A stretch of DNA of 64,000 nucleotides from Rikenellaceae bacterium (lineage in GTDB: Bacteria > Bacteroidota > Bacteroidia > Bacteroidales > Rikenellaceae), in contig JBCQUV010000002.1 of NCBI GenBank assembly GCA_047173765.1, positions 10,898-74,897 of the forward strand, read 5' to 3'. Shown here in pieces: positions 39,251-49,723 of the stretch (the stretch's first letter is position 1; each line of letters begins with the position of its first letter). A program made the position numbers and the translations under genes. Under the pieces are notes generated by a model. That model was not told the DNA's origin, did not search any database, and saw only the letters and a list, made by a program, of their open reading frames with translations.

Positions 39251-39931
39251 ATGGGTAACGAACTTTTTGATTTAGCAGATATATTCTTGCGCTCTATTAT
39301 GGTGGGTGTTGCAGCCTCCATAACCGTAGGACCTGTTGCGGTGTTGTGCATACAGCGCACGCTGAGCAAGAGTCGCCAATCGGGTTTGGTGTCGGGATTG
39401 GGTGTGGCAAGTGCCGACACGCTTATGGCACTCATAGCATACTTTTTCTATTCGGTTTTGCAAGGTCCCATCGACAAATATAATGTGATTCTAAGAATCA
39501 TCGGCGGAGTCTTTGTTGTGGGCGTGGGAGCATATATATTTCTGCAAAACCCTGTGATGCAAATTCGCAAAAATAGAGCTGGCAAGAGCTCTCCGTGGCA
39601 AGACTTCGGGTCGATATTTGGTCTCACCATAGCCAACTTTTTGATGGTTATACCCTATATCCTAGCATTTTTTGCAGTCTTTAAAATCTCTACGGGTGAT
39701 GCCGTAGATGCGTCGAGTTGGATGAGTGGGCTGATAATTATCGCTGGATTTTTCTCGGGTGCGGTGGCTTGGTGGACAGCTCTGGCGTTTGTGATTAACC
39801 TCTTTAGGACTAAGTTTCGCCCTCGCCACATGCTCACCATAAACCATGTCGCAGGCTCAATTATCGGGCTTCTGGGTGTATACACCATACTTTCAACCTT
39901 CTTAAATCTTATTCCCAATGGAACAATCTAA
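39251..39931 (+). CDS. LysE family transporter
   Basis: VGPVAVLCIQRTL..GLVSGLGVASAD, hydrophobic 6-TM profile; start moved to ATG 39251 after TACCTTTG promoter. Confidence 0.85.
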   Translation: MGNELFDLADIFLRSIMVGVAASITVGPVAVLCIQRTLSKSRQSGLVSGLGVASADTLMALIAYFFYSVLQGPIDKYNVILRIIGGVFVVGVGAYIFLQNPVMQIRKNRAGKSSPWQDFGSIFGLTIANFLMVIPYILAFFAVFKISTGDAVDASSWMSGLIIIAGFFSGAVAWWTALAFVINLFRTKFRPRHMLTINHVAGSIIGLLGVYTILSTFLNLIPNGTI

Positions 39932-40616
39932 CCCAATTATAATAGCTATTGATGGCTTTTCGTCGTGCGGCAAAAGCACATTCGCCAAGGCTATCGCTGT
40001 GCGCCTAGGATACATATTTATAGATACTGGAGCGATGTATCGTGCCATATCTCTCATGGCTCTCAGGGGCGGATATATCACACCAGAAAGTGTGGACGAA
40101 GAGGGCGTGGTGGCTATGTTGCCACACATAAACATCGGGTTTAAATACAACGCCGAACGCGAAGCAAGTGATATATACGTGGGCGACGAATTGGTAGAGA
40201 ATCAAATTCGCACCATAGAGGTAAACCAAGCCGTTAGCCGCATAAGCACCATTGCTGAGGTGCGTGAAAAGTTGGTGTCGTTGCAACAATCCATGGGCGA
40301 GAGAGGCGGCGTGGTGATGGATGGTCGAGACATCGGAACTGTGGTGTTCCCATCCGCTCAAATCAAAATATATATGACTGCCGACCCCAAAATCAGAGCA
40401 CAACGTCGCTACGACGAGCTCACTACCAAGGGTGACCAGGTGTCATACGAGGAGATTGAGGCAAATATAATTTCACGTGATAATGCCGACATCAACCGCC
40501 CAATATCACCTCTGCGCCAAGCCGACGACGCTGTGGTATTGGACAACAGCAATATGAGCATAGAGGAGCAGATGGAGTGGTTTATGAACCTATACCAAAC
40601 AAAGATATGCGAGTAG
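39918..40616 (+). CDS. cmk: Cytidylate kinase
   Basis: IAIDGFSSCGKST, IDTGAMYRA, VMDGRDIGTVVFP. Confidence 0.97.
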   Translation: MEQSNPIIIAIDGFSSCGKSTFAKAIAVRLGYIFIDTGAMYRAISLMALRGGYITPESVDEEGVVAMLPHINIGFKYNAEREASDIYVGDELVENQIRTIEVNQAVSRISTIAEVREKLVSLQQSMGERGGVVMDGRDIGTVVFPSAQIKIYMTADPKIRAQRRYDELTTKGDQVSYEEIEANIISRDNADINRPISPLRQADDAVVLDNSNMSIEEQMEWFMNLYQTKICE

Positions 40617-41461
40617 AGATAGACCCCCAATCGGGCTTTTGCTTTGGCGTGGTCAGAGCCATTGAGCAGGCGGAGCAGAATATCCAAGAGTATGGAGAGG
40701 TCTACTCCCTGGGGGATATTGTGCACAATCGAGTTGAGGTGCAGCGACTAGAGGATTTGGGGCTTAGGAGGCTATCTATTTTGGATATGGAGCGTGCCAA
40801 GGGTGCTAGGGTGTTGATTCGTGCACATGGCGAGCCACCCTCTACGTACGCCAAGGCGGCATCTCTAGCCATACCAATCATAGATGCCACATGCCCTGTG
40901 GTGGCTAATCTTCAAAAAAAAGTGAAGAGAGCGCACGAACAGATGTCGCAAGTTGGCGGCGAGGTAGTGCTGCTTGGCAAGCGAGGTCACGCCGAGGTTG
41001 TGGGGCTCACGGGGCAGGTTGATGACCAAGTTATAGTAATTGAGGGAGAGGAGGATATGGAGCTCATAGATTTCTCGAGACCCATATATTTCTTGTCGCA
41101 AACCACCCAGAGCATATCTCTGTTTGACCACTTGGCAAATATCATGACGCAACGAAGTGACAATGTCACGGTGTGTGATACCATCTGCCGCAGAGTATCT
41201 TCTCGTGAGGCCAATTTGGTGGAGTTTGCCCGCAAGTTTGACCTTGTGTTGTTTGTGAGCGGCAAAAAATCGAGCAATGGTAAGGTTCTATTTGAGTTGT
41301 GTCACGAGGCTAATCCCAATGCCTATACCATAGAGGATGAGTTCGAAATAGAGCCTCAGTGGCTGGAGGGTATCGAATCAGTCGGGATTTGTGGTGCAAC
41401 ATCTACCCCCACATGGCTAATGCAGCGTGTGGCTAAAAGTATTGAAAACATTAAAAATTAG
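40607..41461 (+). CDS. ispH: 4-hydroxy-3-methylbut-2-enyl diphosphate reductase
   Basis: GFCFGV, IVHN, IRAHG, DATCP, DTIC, SSN, GATSTP. Confidence 0.97.
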   Translation: MRVEIDPQSGFCFGVVRAIEQAEQNIQEYGEVYSLGDIVHNRVEVQRLEDLGLRRLSILDMERAKGARVLIRAHGEPPSTYAKAASLAIPIIDATCPVVANLQKKVKRAHEQMSQVGGEVVLLGKRGHAEVVGLTGQVDDQVIVIEGEEDMELIDFSRPIYFLSQTTQSISLFDHLANIMTQRSDNVTVCDTICRRVSSREANLVEFARKFDLVLFVSGKKSSNGKVLFELCHEANPNAYTIEDEFEIEPQWLEGIESVGICGATSTPTWLMQRVAKSIENIKN

Positions 41462-41467
41462 AATATT

Positions 41468-41935
41468 ATGAGTTATTTTTCAAGAGCAATCAAGTATCTT
41501 TTGTCGCTATGTATAATCTACGTAGTGGTTATCTACGCCATGTCTTTTGCGGGTGTTGCGGCATCTACTCCTGAGGCGACATTTGCGTCTCTAATTAGTA
41601 CTTCGCGTGGAATTATTATGATTATTGCTATACTTGCATTGTCGTTTTCGTATCCAGTGTTTGGCTTTATGCGCCAAGAGGTTACGGGCGATATGGAGAG
41701 CGATAGAGAGGCTATAATCTCATCTTTTGCGGCGTATGGCTTTTCGCTAAGGAGCGAGGGCGATGGTGAGATGGTGTTTGGTAGCGACAATTTAATCAGA
41801 AAAATCACGTTGCTATTTGAGGATAAAATCACAGTCACACAGGTGGGCAACAAGTTGGTAGTCGAGGGAATCCGTCGAGTAGTACCATCCGTAATATACC
41901 GCCTCGAAGCGAAGATTTCATTTTCAGAGGAGTAA
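41468..41935 (+). CDS. Hypothetical membrane protein (2 TM)
   Basis: 155-aa co-oriented ORF filling the ispH-peptidase gap. Confidence 0.65.
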   Translation: MSYFSRAIKYLLSLCIIYVVVIYAMSFAGVAASTPEATFASLISTSRGIIMIIAILALSFSYPVFGFMRQEVTGDMESDREAIISSFAAYGFSLRSEGDGEMVFGSDNLIRKITLLFEDKITVTQVGNKLVVEGIRRVVPSVIYRLEAKISFSEE

Positions 41936-41948
41936 TCACACACACACA

Positions 41949-43598
41949 ATGAAAAAGTATAAAATTTGGTCATTAGTCGCAATATTTGCACTGTCGCTAC
42001 TATCGTTTCAAGCCTCTCGCAACGACTTCGGGTTGATGCAGAGCACCGAGACGGTCATACGACTCATGCGCGAACTATCCGAAAACTATGTTGATGAGGT
42101 AGATGCCGAGGCTATGCTTAAGAATGCCGCCCATGGAATGACACGCTCACTCGACCCCTATTCGTCGTTTTTGGCGGAGGAGGATATGGGCGATTTCCAG
42201 ATTATGACTACGGGCAAGTATGGCGGTATAGGCTCCGTAATTCGTCAAAAGGGCGACTATGTGGTTGTGTCGCAACCATACAAAGGCTCTCCAGCCGCTA
42301 AGTCGGGGTTGCGCATAGGCGACAAATTCCTGAAAATTGATGGCGTAAATGCCGTGGGTATGACCACCGCACAAGCGAGCGAGAAACTGAAAGGTACCCC
42401 TGGCACCAAGCTCAAAGTCGAGGTGCGCCCCATAGAGGATACCACCTCCGTGCGCAAAATCACTATCACTCGCGAAAGAATCAAAATCCCAGCAATCAGC
42501 TACTCTGGATTTGTGGGCAATAGAGCCGACTCGATAGGTTATATCTCACACTCCGATTTCTCGGAGGATAGCTATGCGGAGATGACCACTGCATTGCGAA
42601 ATATGCAACGAGAGGGGCTTAAGGGTGTGATTTTGGATTATAGGGACAATGGTGGCGGTCTTATGCAGGAGGCTGTGAATATATTGTCGCTGTTTCTGCC
42701 CAAGGGGAGCGAAGTGCTCAAAATCAAGGGCCGCAGAGATTCCATGGTGTACAAAACTACCCACTCTCCAATGTTCGAAAATATGCCACTCGTGGTACTC
42801 ATAGATGGCAACTCGGCATCGGCTGCGGAGATTGTGGCAGGAGCATTGCAAGATTTGGACAGAGCAGTGTTGGTGGGGCAACGAAGTTTTGGTAAGGGTT
42901 TGGTGCAGAGCACCGTGCCATTGGGTTACAACACCATGCTAAAGCTCACCACAGCACGCTACTACATACCTTCGGGCAGATGTATCCAGGCGATAGATTA
43001 CTCCAAAGGGGCATCTTCGGCGGACAAAAAGGTGGACTCCCTAAAGCAGGAGTTCTCTACTCGTTCGGGTCGTAAAGTCTACGACGGAGGAGGTATCGTC
43101 CCCGATGTTGTGACTCCAGCCGATTATGTGAGTCGCTTTGCGGCGATGCTCTATGGGTTGGGTATTATTGATGAATTTGGTGATGAATATTTTGTGCGCC
43201 ACTTGGGCAGTGAGTTTTCGGCTAATGGATTCTCGATTAGCGATGACGAATATGCGGAGTTTGTGAAGTTTGTCGAGCAGAAGGATATACCCTACAAATC
43301 ACGCACAAGAACCCTGCTCGAGGAGTTGAAAAAGACAGCTAAGGAGGAGCGATACGACTCGGAGCTACTCACCACCCTAGAGCAGCAACTCAAAGATGAT
43401 AAACTCACCAACCTCGAAACATACCGCAAGGAGATAACCAAATATATAAACAACGATATAATTCTCCGCCACGGATATATGGAATCTGTAATCGAGAATT
43501 CACTCACTACGGATAGGGATGTAGCACGTGCAGTCGCAATTCTAAAGAGCCCCGAGGAGTGGCAGCGTAGTTTGGAGTCGCACCACGAGGGTAAATAA
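41949..43598 (+). CDS. S41 family C-terminal processing peptidase
   Basis: SLDPYS, PDZ domain, LDYRDNGGG, SASAAEIVAGALQD, SFGKGLVQ. Confidence 0.95.
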   Translation: MKKYKIWSLVAIFALSLLSFQASRNDFGLMQSTETVIRLMRELSENYVDEVDAEAMLKNAAHGMTRSLDPYSSFLAEEDMGDFQIMTTGKYGGIGSVIRQKGDYVVVSQPYKGSPAAKSGLRIGDKFLKIDGVNAVGMTTAQASEKLKGTPGTKLKVEVRPIEDTTSVRKITITRERIKIPAISYSGFVGNRADSIGYISHSDFSEDSYAEMTTALRNMQREGLKGVILDYRDNGGGLMQEAVNILSLFLPKGSEVLKIKGRRDSMVYKTTHSPMFENMPLVVLIDGNSASAAEIVAGALQDLDRAVLVGQRSFGKGLVQSTVPLGYNTMLKLTTARYYIPSGRCIQAIDYSKGASSADKKVDSLKQEFSTRSGRKVYDGGGIVPDVVTPADYVSRFAAMLYGLGIIDEFGDEYFVRHLGSEFSANGFSISDDEYAEFVKFVEQKDIPYKSRTRTLLEELKKTAKEERYDSELLTTLEQQLKDDKLTNLETYRKEITKYINNDIILRHGYMESVIENSLTTDRDVARAVAILKSPEEWQRSLESHHEGK

Positions 43599-43609
43599 CG
43601 CATAGAGCC

Positions 43610-44785
43610 ATGGGAAAGTGGAATTTTAGGAATATAATGTCTCTGACACTACGCAACCGCATTGTTTTTGCGGTGGGTATGTTGTTGGGTGCATTGTCGC
43701 TAATCTACACCCACAATATGGCTAATTCGCTGAGGGATAAGGAACAACACGATGTGGAGGTGTGGGCACACGCCATGGAGCGTTTGAGCCAAGATATCAT
43801 GGGGCGCAACGACCCCTTCATCACCGATATCGTCAATAGCAACCAAAACATCCCCTTTGTGATGACCGACAACAACCTCAATGTCATAGAGTCGCACCTC
43901 ATCCCCGAGGAGATTATCAACCACCCCGATTTGCTACGCAAGCGAATTGAAAAACTATCCGAGGAGAATCGCCCAATAGTGGTGCGTTTCATGTGGAACA
44001 ACGACAAGCATATACTATTTTATGGGCAATCGACACTTCTCAAAAGGTTGTACTTCTACCCCTACATACAGCTTCTGGCCATATTTATATACATAACATT
44101 GTGCTACGTGGCATTCACCAGCACCAAGCAGGGCGAGCAAAATAGAGTATGGGTAGGTTTGGCAAAGGAGACGGCACATCAACTGGGTACTCCCACATCG
44201 TCGCTGTTGGGGTGGATAGAGTATCTCAAAACCCAACCCATAGACCCCGAAGTGGTGGAGGAGATGAACAAGGATTTGAAACATCTTCTCAAAATTGTGG
44301 ATAGATTCTCGAAGATTGGCTCCGATACCCAACTCTCACGTGCCAACGTAAATGAGGTTGTGGGTGAGAGTGTTATGTATTTCCAAACACGTATCCCTCG
44401 CAATGTCACGCTCGATTACAATGGATTTGCTATGGCTCCAGTGCCAGCTATGCTCAACAGCGCGCTGTTTGAGTGGGTGATAGAGAATTTGTTGAAAAAT
44501 TCGTTAGATGCGCTCCAAGGTCAAGGCAGCTTGCGGGTGAAGGTTTCGACCACAGATAGCGACATACATATAGATGTCACAGATTCGGGCAAGGGAATAC
44601 CCAAGGGTAATTGGGACAAGATTTTTGAGCCAGGATTCTCCACCAAAACCAGAGGTTGGGGTCTAGGACTATCACTATCGAGGCGCATAGTCGAGGAGTA
44701 TCACAACGGCAAAATTGCTGTCATAGACTCTGTGATAGGGCAGGGCACAACAATAAGGGTCACACTAAAACGTGACTTCGAATAG
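43610..44785 (+). CDS. Membrane sensor histidine kinase
   Basis: 2 TM, ETAHQLGTP H-box, ENLLKNSLDA, DSGKGI, GWGLGLS. Confidence 0.93.
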   Translation: MGKWNFRNIMSLTLRNRIVFAVGMLLGALSLIYTHNMANSLRDKEQHDVEVWAHAMERLSQDIMGRNDPFITDIVNSNQNIPFVMTDNNLNVIESHLIPEEIINHPDLLRKRIEKLSEENRPIVVRFMWNNDKHILFYGQSTLLKRLYFYPYIQLLAIFIYITLCYVAFTSTKQGEQNRVWVGLAKETAHQLGTPTSSLLGWIEYLKTQPIDPEVVEEMNKDLKHLLKIVDRFSKIGSDTQLSRANVNEVVGESVMYFQTRIPRNVTLDYNGFAMAPVPAMLNSALFEWVIENLLKNSLDALQGQGSLRVKVSTTDSDIHIDVTDSGKGIPKGNWDKIFEPGFSTKTRGWGLGLSLSRRIVEEYHNGKIAVIDSVIGQGTTIRVTLKRDFE

Positions 44786-44786
44786 T

Positions 44787-45593
44787 ATGATTGATATAAT
44801 TTCGGCAGATAGCGTAGAGCTATTGATAGATAGCATAGCCACAGCACGCAGAGCTGCGGAGGTCACTCTCTTTGGTGAGGAGTCCCAGTTGAGCGGGGGC
44901 GTTATGCCCATATTCGAAGTTCACGGAGGCAATGTTGAAGGTGTTGTAGCAAACCCCACATACGTAATCTTGGCATTAGCATTTCTGCTGCTGTATATGG
45001 TGTGGCTGCCCCACATATTTAAAAATGGAGGAATTAGGTGGTCTATTCTCAAACGTACCAATGTCGATAGCGAGCGAGATTTAATAGGCAAGCAACGTCT
45101 AGGTATGATTGTCGCAACGTGGGCTCTTAGCATCACCCTTTTTGCAATGTTTACCGCACGCATTGTTGCGCAGTTTTCGCCTTTCGACATCTCTTTTGAT
45201 GGTGCGTGGTGGATTTTGGGCGGTGTTATTTCGGTTGTCACAGTTGCGCTCTATGGTTGGGTGGTGCTCAAAGCTGTGGGCTACCTTATTATAGATATGG
45301 AGTTCGCTCGTAAGTTGCAGACCATAAAACGACAACAGCTTATTTTTTGCGTAATATTTTTATCTCCGCTCTTTATAACTAGCTCATTGAGCAATTATAT
45401 ACAAGGGCAATTAGTCGTGCAACTTTCTCTGTTAGTGGTTGTTGCATTGGTAATAAATTATTTGAGACAGAGTTTTTTACTCTTTATGCGACAAAATTTT
45501 TCAATATTGCATTGGATTTTGTACCTTTGTGGCGTTGAAATTCTACCCTTGACATTTATATGGGCAATTACAACCCGATATTTGGGGATGTAG
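44787..45593 (+). CDS. DUF4271-like membrane protein
   Basis: Multi-TM, C-terminal ILYLCGVEILP; usual position before hemD-like gene in Bacteroidota. Confidence 0.7.
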   Translation: MIDIISADSVELLIDSIATARRAAEVTLFGEESQLSGGVMPIFEVHGGNVEGVVANPTYVILALAFLLLYMVWLPHIFKNGGIRWSILKRTNVDSERDLIGKQRLGMIVATWALSITLFAMFTARIVAQFSPFDISFDGAWWILGGVISVVTVALYGWVVLKAVGYLIIDMEFARKLQTIKRQQLIFCVIFLSPLFITSSLSNYIQGQLVVQLSLLVVVALVINYLRQSFLLFMRQNFSILHWILYLCGVEILPLTFIWAITTRYLGM

Positions 45594-45640
45594 GATAAGT
45601 TATCAACGTAATAATAATATAAGGTAACAACAAGAACTGA

Positions 45641-46492
45641 ATGGTGAATATCCGCAAAATTTTAGTATCGCAGCCAAAACCTGCAATAATTGAAAAATCT
45701 CCCTTTTTCGAGCTGTCGCAGCGACGTAATATCGATGTCGAATACAAACCGTTAATCCGAGTAGTGGGTGTTTCACTCAAGGAATTCCGAGCACAAAGAG
45801 TCGAAATTCTAGATCACACAGCTGTGATTCTGACATCTAGAACCGCCGTAGATAGTCTTTTCCACGTATGCGAAGAGGCACGTATCACAATCCCCGAGGG
45901 GATGAAGTATATATGCCAAACAGAGGCTGTGGCTCTATATCTTCAAAAGTATATAGTCTATCGCAAGCGCAAAATATCGTTTGGCGATGGCACATTCAAA
46001 AGCCTTGTGGAGGCAATCGTGAAACACAAAAGCGAGAAGTTCCTGCTCACACAGAGCGAGCCTCACAAGCCTGAGCTCCAAGATATGTTGGACAAACTCA
46101 ACCTAGACTACTCTCCTGTGACTATGGCTCGCACAATATCTGCCGATATGGAGGGTCTATCCCTATCCGATATGGGTTTGGTGGCTCTATACTCACCTTC
46201 GGATGTCAAAGCTTTGGTAGATAATTTTGGTGTGGAGACTCTCCCTCCAATCGCTGTATTTGGAAACGGAACACTTCGTGCTGCACTCGATGCAGGGCTC
46301 AAAGTTAAGGCTATGGCTCCAAATCCCAAGGCTCCATCTATGGTCAAAGCGGTAGATAATTACCTAGATCAAATCGAGGCTGGCGAAGAGGTTGCTGATG
46401 TAGAGCTGCAAGAGGACACCACAAAGGAGGAGTTCATAAAGTGCCAACAGAGCAAAATCTTGAAAAAGGGGCGCACTACAACAAAGAAGTAA
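45641..46492 (+). CDS. Uroporphyrinogen-III synthase family protein (HemD-like)
   Basis: KILVSQPKP, ILTSRTAVD, ALYLQKYIVYRKRKI, YSPS. Confidence 0.85.
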   Translation: MVNIRKILVSQPKPAIIEKSPFFELSQRRNIDVEYKPLIRVVGVSLKEFRAQRVEILDHTAVILTSRTAVDSLFHVCEEARITIPEGMKYICQTEAVALYLQKYIVYRKRKISFGDGTFKSLVEAIVKHKSEKFLLTQSEPHKPELQDMLDKLNLDYSPVTMARTISADMEGLSLSDMGLVALYSPSDVKALVDNFGVETLPPIAVFGNGTLRAALDAGLKVKAMAPNPKAPSMVKAVDNYLDQIEAGEEVADVELQEDTTKEEFIKCQQSKILKKGRTTTKK

Positions 46493-46507
46493 TAATTACA
46501 ACACCAT

Positions 46508-46542
46508 AAAAAAGGAGTGCGTTTGAAAACTCACTCCTTTTT
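46508..46542 (+). terminator. Intrinsic terminator-like hairpin
   Basis: AAAAAGGAGTG...CACTCCTTTTT. Confidence 0.65.
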
Positions 46543-46561
46543 CATATCATGAATACCACCA

Positions 46562-46954
46562 ATGACAGAACAACCCCCCACATACGCACTCTCTCACTCC
46601 GAGCGTCTCAGGAACCTGGGTGCTATAAGGCGACTCTTCGAGAGTGGCAAGGGCGGCTTTGTCTATCCCATACGTTATGTGTGGCTCGCAGCCGAGGGCG
46701 ACGCAGAGCACAACTCTGCCGAGGTGCTATTTAATGTGCCCAAGAAGTTCCACCGCCGTGCCAACAAACGCAACACCCTGCGTCGCAGAGTCAAGGAGGC
46801 ATATAGACTACAAAAGAGTATAATCATAGAGCGAGATGGCACTCCCCAATCGTTGGATATAGCACTCATATACTCCACAAAGGAGAGCCACTCCTATAAA
46901 ACGATAAACAATGCAGTACGCAAAATTTTGGAGCTCATTGCGCAAGATAATTAG
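46562..46954 (+). CDS. rnpA: Ribonuclease P protein component
   Basis: [27 protein letters not shown] (RNR motif). Confidence 0.92.
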   Translation: MTEQPPTYALSHSERLRNLGAIRRLFESGKGGFVYPIRYVWLAAEGDAEHNSAEVLFNVPKKFHRRANKRNTLRRRVKEAYRLQKSIIIERDGTPQSLDIALIYSTKESHSYKTINNAVRKILELIAQDN

Positions 46955-47171
46955 GAAAATTGCGATTTTCCCTCTTGTGCTTCTGGTGCAGTTCTATCGC
47001 AACTGCATATCGCCATTCACACCCCCAGCGTGCAGGTTTACCCCCACATGCTCGCAATATGCACTCGAAGCTCTGCGCAAACATGGACTCTTCAAGGGCT
47101 CATGGCTCACCATAAAGCGTTTACTTAGGTGCCATCCGTGGGGTGGACATGGGGAGGATCCTGTGCCGTAG
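46938..47171 (+). CDS. yidD: Membrane protein insertion efficiency factor YidD
   Basis: [30 protein letters not shown]; start codon uncertain (TTG 46938 or ATG 46911). Confidence 0.92.
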   Translation: MRKIIRKIAIFPLVLLVQFYRNCISPFTPPACRFTPTCSQYALEALRKHGLFKGSWLTIKRLLRCHPWGGHGEDPVP

Positions 47172-47181
47172 CCTCTCTATC

Positions 47182-47727
47182 TTATTTCGTCTTGTAACTA
47201 CAACGATACTTACCCTTAGCCATACTTGTGAGCTTGTTTTTCAGCATATTACGCTTTAGGGGCGATAGGTGGTCGGTGAATACCATACCATCTATGTGGT
47301 CGTATTCGTGTTGTATAACTCGTGCTGGCAGACCTGTGAACTCCTCGTCATGCTCCACGAAGTTTTCGTCCATATATCGCATGCGAATAGCCACTGGGCG
47401 GCGTACATTTTCGTGAATTCCAGGCACAGACAGACATCCCTCCTCGAAGGTGTCGGTCTCCTCAGACTCTTCGTAAATCTCCGCATTTATAAATACTCGT
47501 CTATAATCTGCCAACTCGGGGTTGTTCTCTGCCCAAGGTGTGCAATCCACTATAAATAGGCGGATATTTTTGCCAATTTGGGGTGCTGCCAACCCTACGC
47601 CCTCGCACACTTCGAGTGTCGAGCGCATATCATCTAGGAGCTTAGGTAGCTCAGGGTAATCTTTGGTGATATCCTCCGACTCCTTGCGCAATATGGGCGA
47701 GCCGTAAATTACTATTGGGTAAATCAT
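47182..47727 (-). CDS. def: Peptide deformylase
   Basis: GVGLAAPQIG, EGCLS, QHEYDH. Confidence 0.97.
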   Translation of the reverse strand: MIYPIVIYGSPILRKESEDITKDYPELPKLLDDMRSTLEVCEGVGLAAPQIGKNIRLFIVDCTPWAENNPELADYRRVFINAEIYEESEETDTFEEGCLSVPGIHENVRRPVAIRMRYMDENFVEHDEEFTGLPARVIQHEYDHIDGMVFTDHLSPLKRNMLKNKLTSMAKGKYRCSYKTK

Positions 47728-47730
47728 TGT

Positions 47731-48159
47731 TTATTTCATTTTAAATTCCCTCGACTCCATATAACTCTGAAGGATTATCGTAGCCGAAATCTTATCTACT
47801 AACGCTTTATTGCGACGTGCCATCTTGCCTATGCCGCTCTCCAACATTGTGCGGTGAGCTAGCACCGAGGTGTAACGCTCGTCATGGAGTACCACTTCGA
47901 TTGTGGGGTGAGCACGCTTGATGCGCAACACTAGTGGTTCTATATACTTCCACGTCTGCGCAGGCTCTGCGGAGGTCGTGTGCTTGGGCATACCTACGAC
48001 TATTGTCGATACCTGCTCCTTGGCGCAATACTCCACCAACCACCTTTCCAACTGCTTGGTGTCGAGAGTATCCAACCCTCCAGCTATGAGTTGCAGAGGG
48101 TCGCTAACTGCGACCCCCGTGCGTTTTACTCCATAATCTATGGCTATAATCCTGCCCAA
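47731..48159 (-). CDS. ruvX: YqgF/RuvX family pre-16S rRNA nuclease
   Basis: IAIDYG.KRTGVAVSD, VVGMP, DERYTS, VDKISATIILQSY. Confidence 0.93.
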   Translation of the reverse strand: MGRIIAIDYGVKRTGVAVSDPLQLIAGGLDTLDTKQLERWLVEYCAKEQVSTIVVGMPKHTTSAEPAQTWKYIEPLVLRIKRAHPTIEVVLHDERYTSVLAHRTMLESGIGKMARRNKALVDKISATIILQSYMESREFKMK

Positions 48160-48162
48160 TGC

Positions 48163-49707
48163 TTACTCCTTAATCTTAGCAAACAATGGGCGCATAGATA
48201 CCGCCTCGTTCACGATAGCTGCCAAATCCTTGATAGCTACACGCTCTTGAGCCATGGTGTCACGATGACGCAAAGTCACGGTGCCATCCTCAGCCGATTG
48301 GTGATCTACGGTTACGCAGAATGGTGTACCCACAGCATCTTGGCGACGATAACGCTTACCGATAGAGTCCTTCTCGTCGTAAGCCACGACGTGGTCAAAC
48401 TTGAGTGAATCGATGATTTGACGTGCAATCTCAGGAAGTCCATCCTTCTTTACGAGTGGCATAACCGCAACCTTAGTAGGTGCCAATGGAGCTGGTAGGC
48501 TCAACACCACACGAGTGTCGCCACCCTCCAACGCCTCCTCCTTGTACGAAGCGGACATCACCTGCAAGAACATACGATCTACACCAATTGAGGTCTCCAC
48601 AACGTAAGGCACATAGCTCTCCTTAGTCTCTGGGTCGTAGTATTGAATCTTCTTGCCCGAGAATTTTTGGTGGCTACCCAAGTCGAAATCTGTGCGTGAG
48701 TGGATACCCTCCACCTCCTTGAATCCGAATGGAAAGTTATACTCTATGTCTGCCGCAGCATTAGCGTAGTGAGCCAATTTGTCGTGGTCGTGGAATCGGT
48801 AGTTGCCGTCACCAAAGCCCAAAGCTCTGTGCCATGCCATGCGTGTATCCTTCCACTCTTGCCACCACTTCATCTCCTCGCCTGGGCGCACGAAGAATTG
48901 CATCTCCATCTGCTCAAACTCTCTCATGCGGAATATGAATTGGCGTGCAACTATCTCATTTCTAAATGCTTTACCAATTTGTGCAATACCAAATGGAAGT
49001 TTCATGCGTCCAGTTTTTTGGACGTTCAAGAAGTTCACAAAGATACCCTGCGCAGTCTCTGGGCGAAGGTATATGGTGTTTGCACCCTCGGATGTAGCAC
49101 CCATTTGTGTAGAGAACATCAAGTTGAATTGGCGCACATCTGTCCAGTTGCGAGTACCCGAGATAGGGCACACAATCTCGCAATCCAAGATTATTTGGCG
49201 CACCTCCTCAAAGTCGTTAGCGTTGAGCGCATCTGCAAAACGCTTGTGCTGAGCATCACGCTTTGCGGCAATCTCCAATACTCGAGGCGATGTAGCACGG
49301 AACTGCTCCTCGTCAAATGACTCCTTGAAACGCTTGCGAGCCTTGTCTACCTCCTTTTGGATTTTGTCATCTTGCTTCGCCAACCACTCCTCTACGAGTA
49401 CATCGGCACGGTATCTCTTCTTTGAATCTTTGTTGTCGATGAGTGGGTCGTTGAATGCTCCAACGTGACCCGAAGCCTCCCACGTGCGTGGGTGCATGAA
49501 TATTGCAGCGTCCAAACCTACGATGTTCTCGTGAAGCTTAACCATCGAATCCCACCAATATTTCTTGATGTTGTTCTTAAGCTCTACTCCATTTTGACCG
49601 TAGTCGTATACTGCACCCAGACCATCATAAATCTCCGATGAGGGGAATACGAATCCGTACTCTTTGCAGTGTGCAATTAGCTTTTTGAATAACTCTTCTT
49701 GTGTCAT
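48163..49707 (-). CDS. glyS: Glycine--tRNA ligase (alpha2, eukaryote type)
   Basis: SSEIY, YLRPETAQGIF, GKAFRNEI, REFEQME, SIGKRYRRQD. Confidence 0.97.
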   Translation of the reverse strand: MTQEELFKKLIAHCKEYGFVFPSSEIYDGLGAVYDYGQNGVELKNNIKKYWWDSMVKLHENIVGLDAAIFMHPRTWEASGHVGAFNDPLIDNKDSKKRYRADVLVEEWLAKQDDKIQKEVDKARKRFKESFDEEQFRATSPRVLEIAAKRDAQHKRFADALNANDFEEVRQIILDCEIVCPISGTRNWTDVRQFNLMFSTQMGATSEGANTIYLRPETAQGIFVNFLNVQKTGRMKLPFGIAQIGKAFRNEIVARQFIFRMREFEQMEMQFFVRPGEEMKWWQEWKDTRMAWHRALGFGDGNYRFHDHDKLAHYANAAADIEYNFPFGFKEVEGIHSRTDFDLGSHQKFSGKKIQYYDPETKESYVPYVVETSIGVDRMFLQVMSASYKEEALEGGDTRVVLSLPAPLAPTKVAVMPLVKKDGLPEIARQIIDSLKFDHVVAYDEKDSIGKRYRRQDAVGTPFCVTVDHQSAEDGTVTLRHRDTMAQERVAIKDLAAIVNEAVSMRPLFAKIKE

Positions 49708-49723
49708 TATTTATATCTTTACT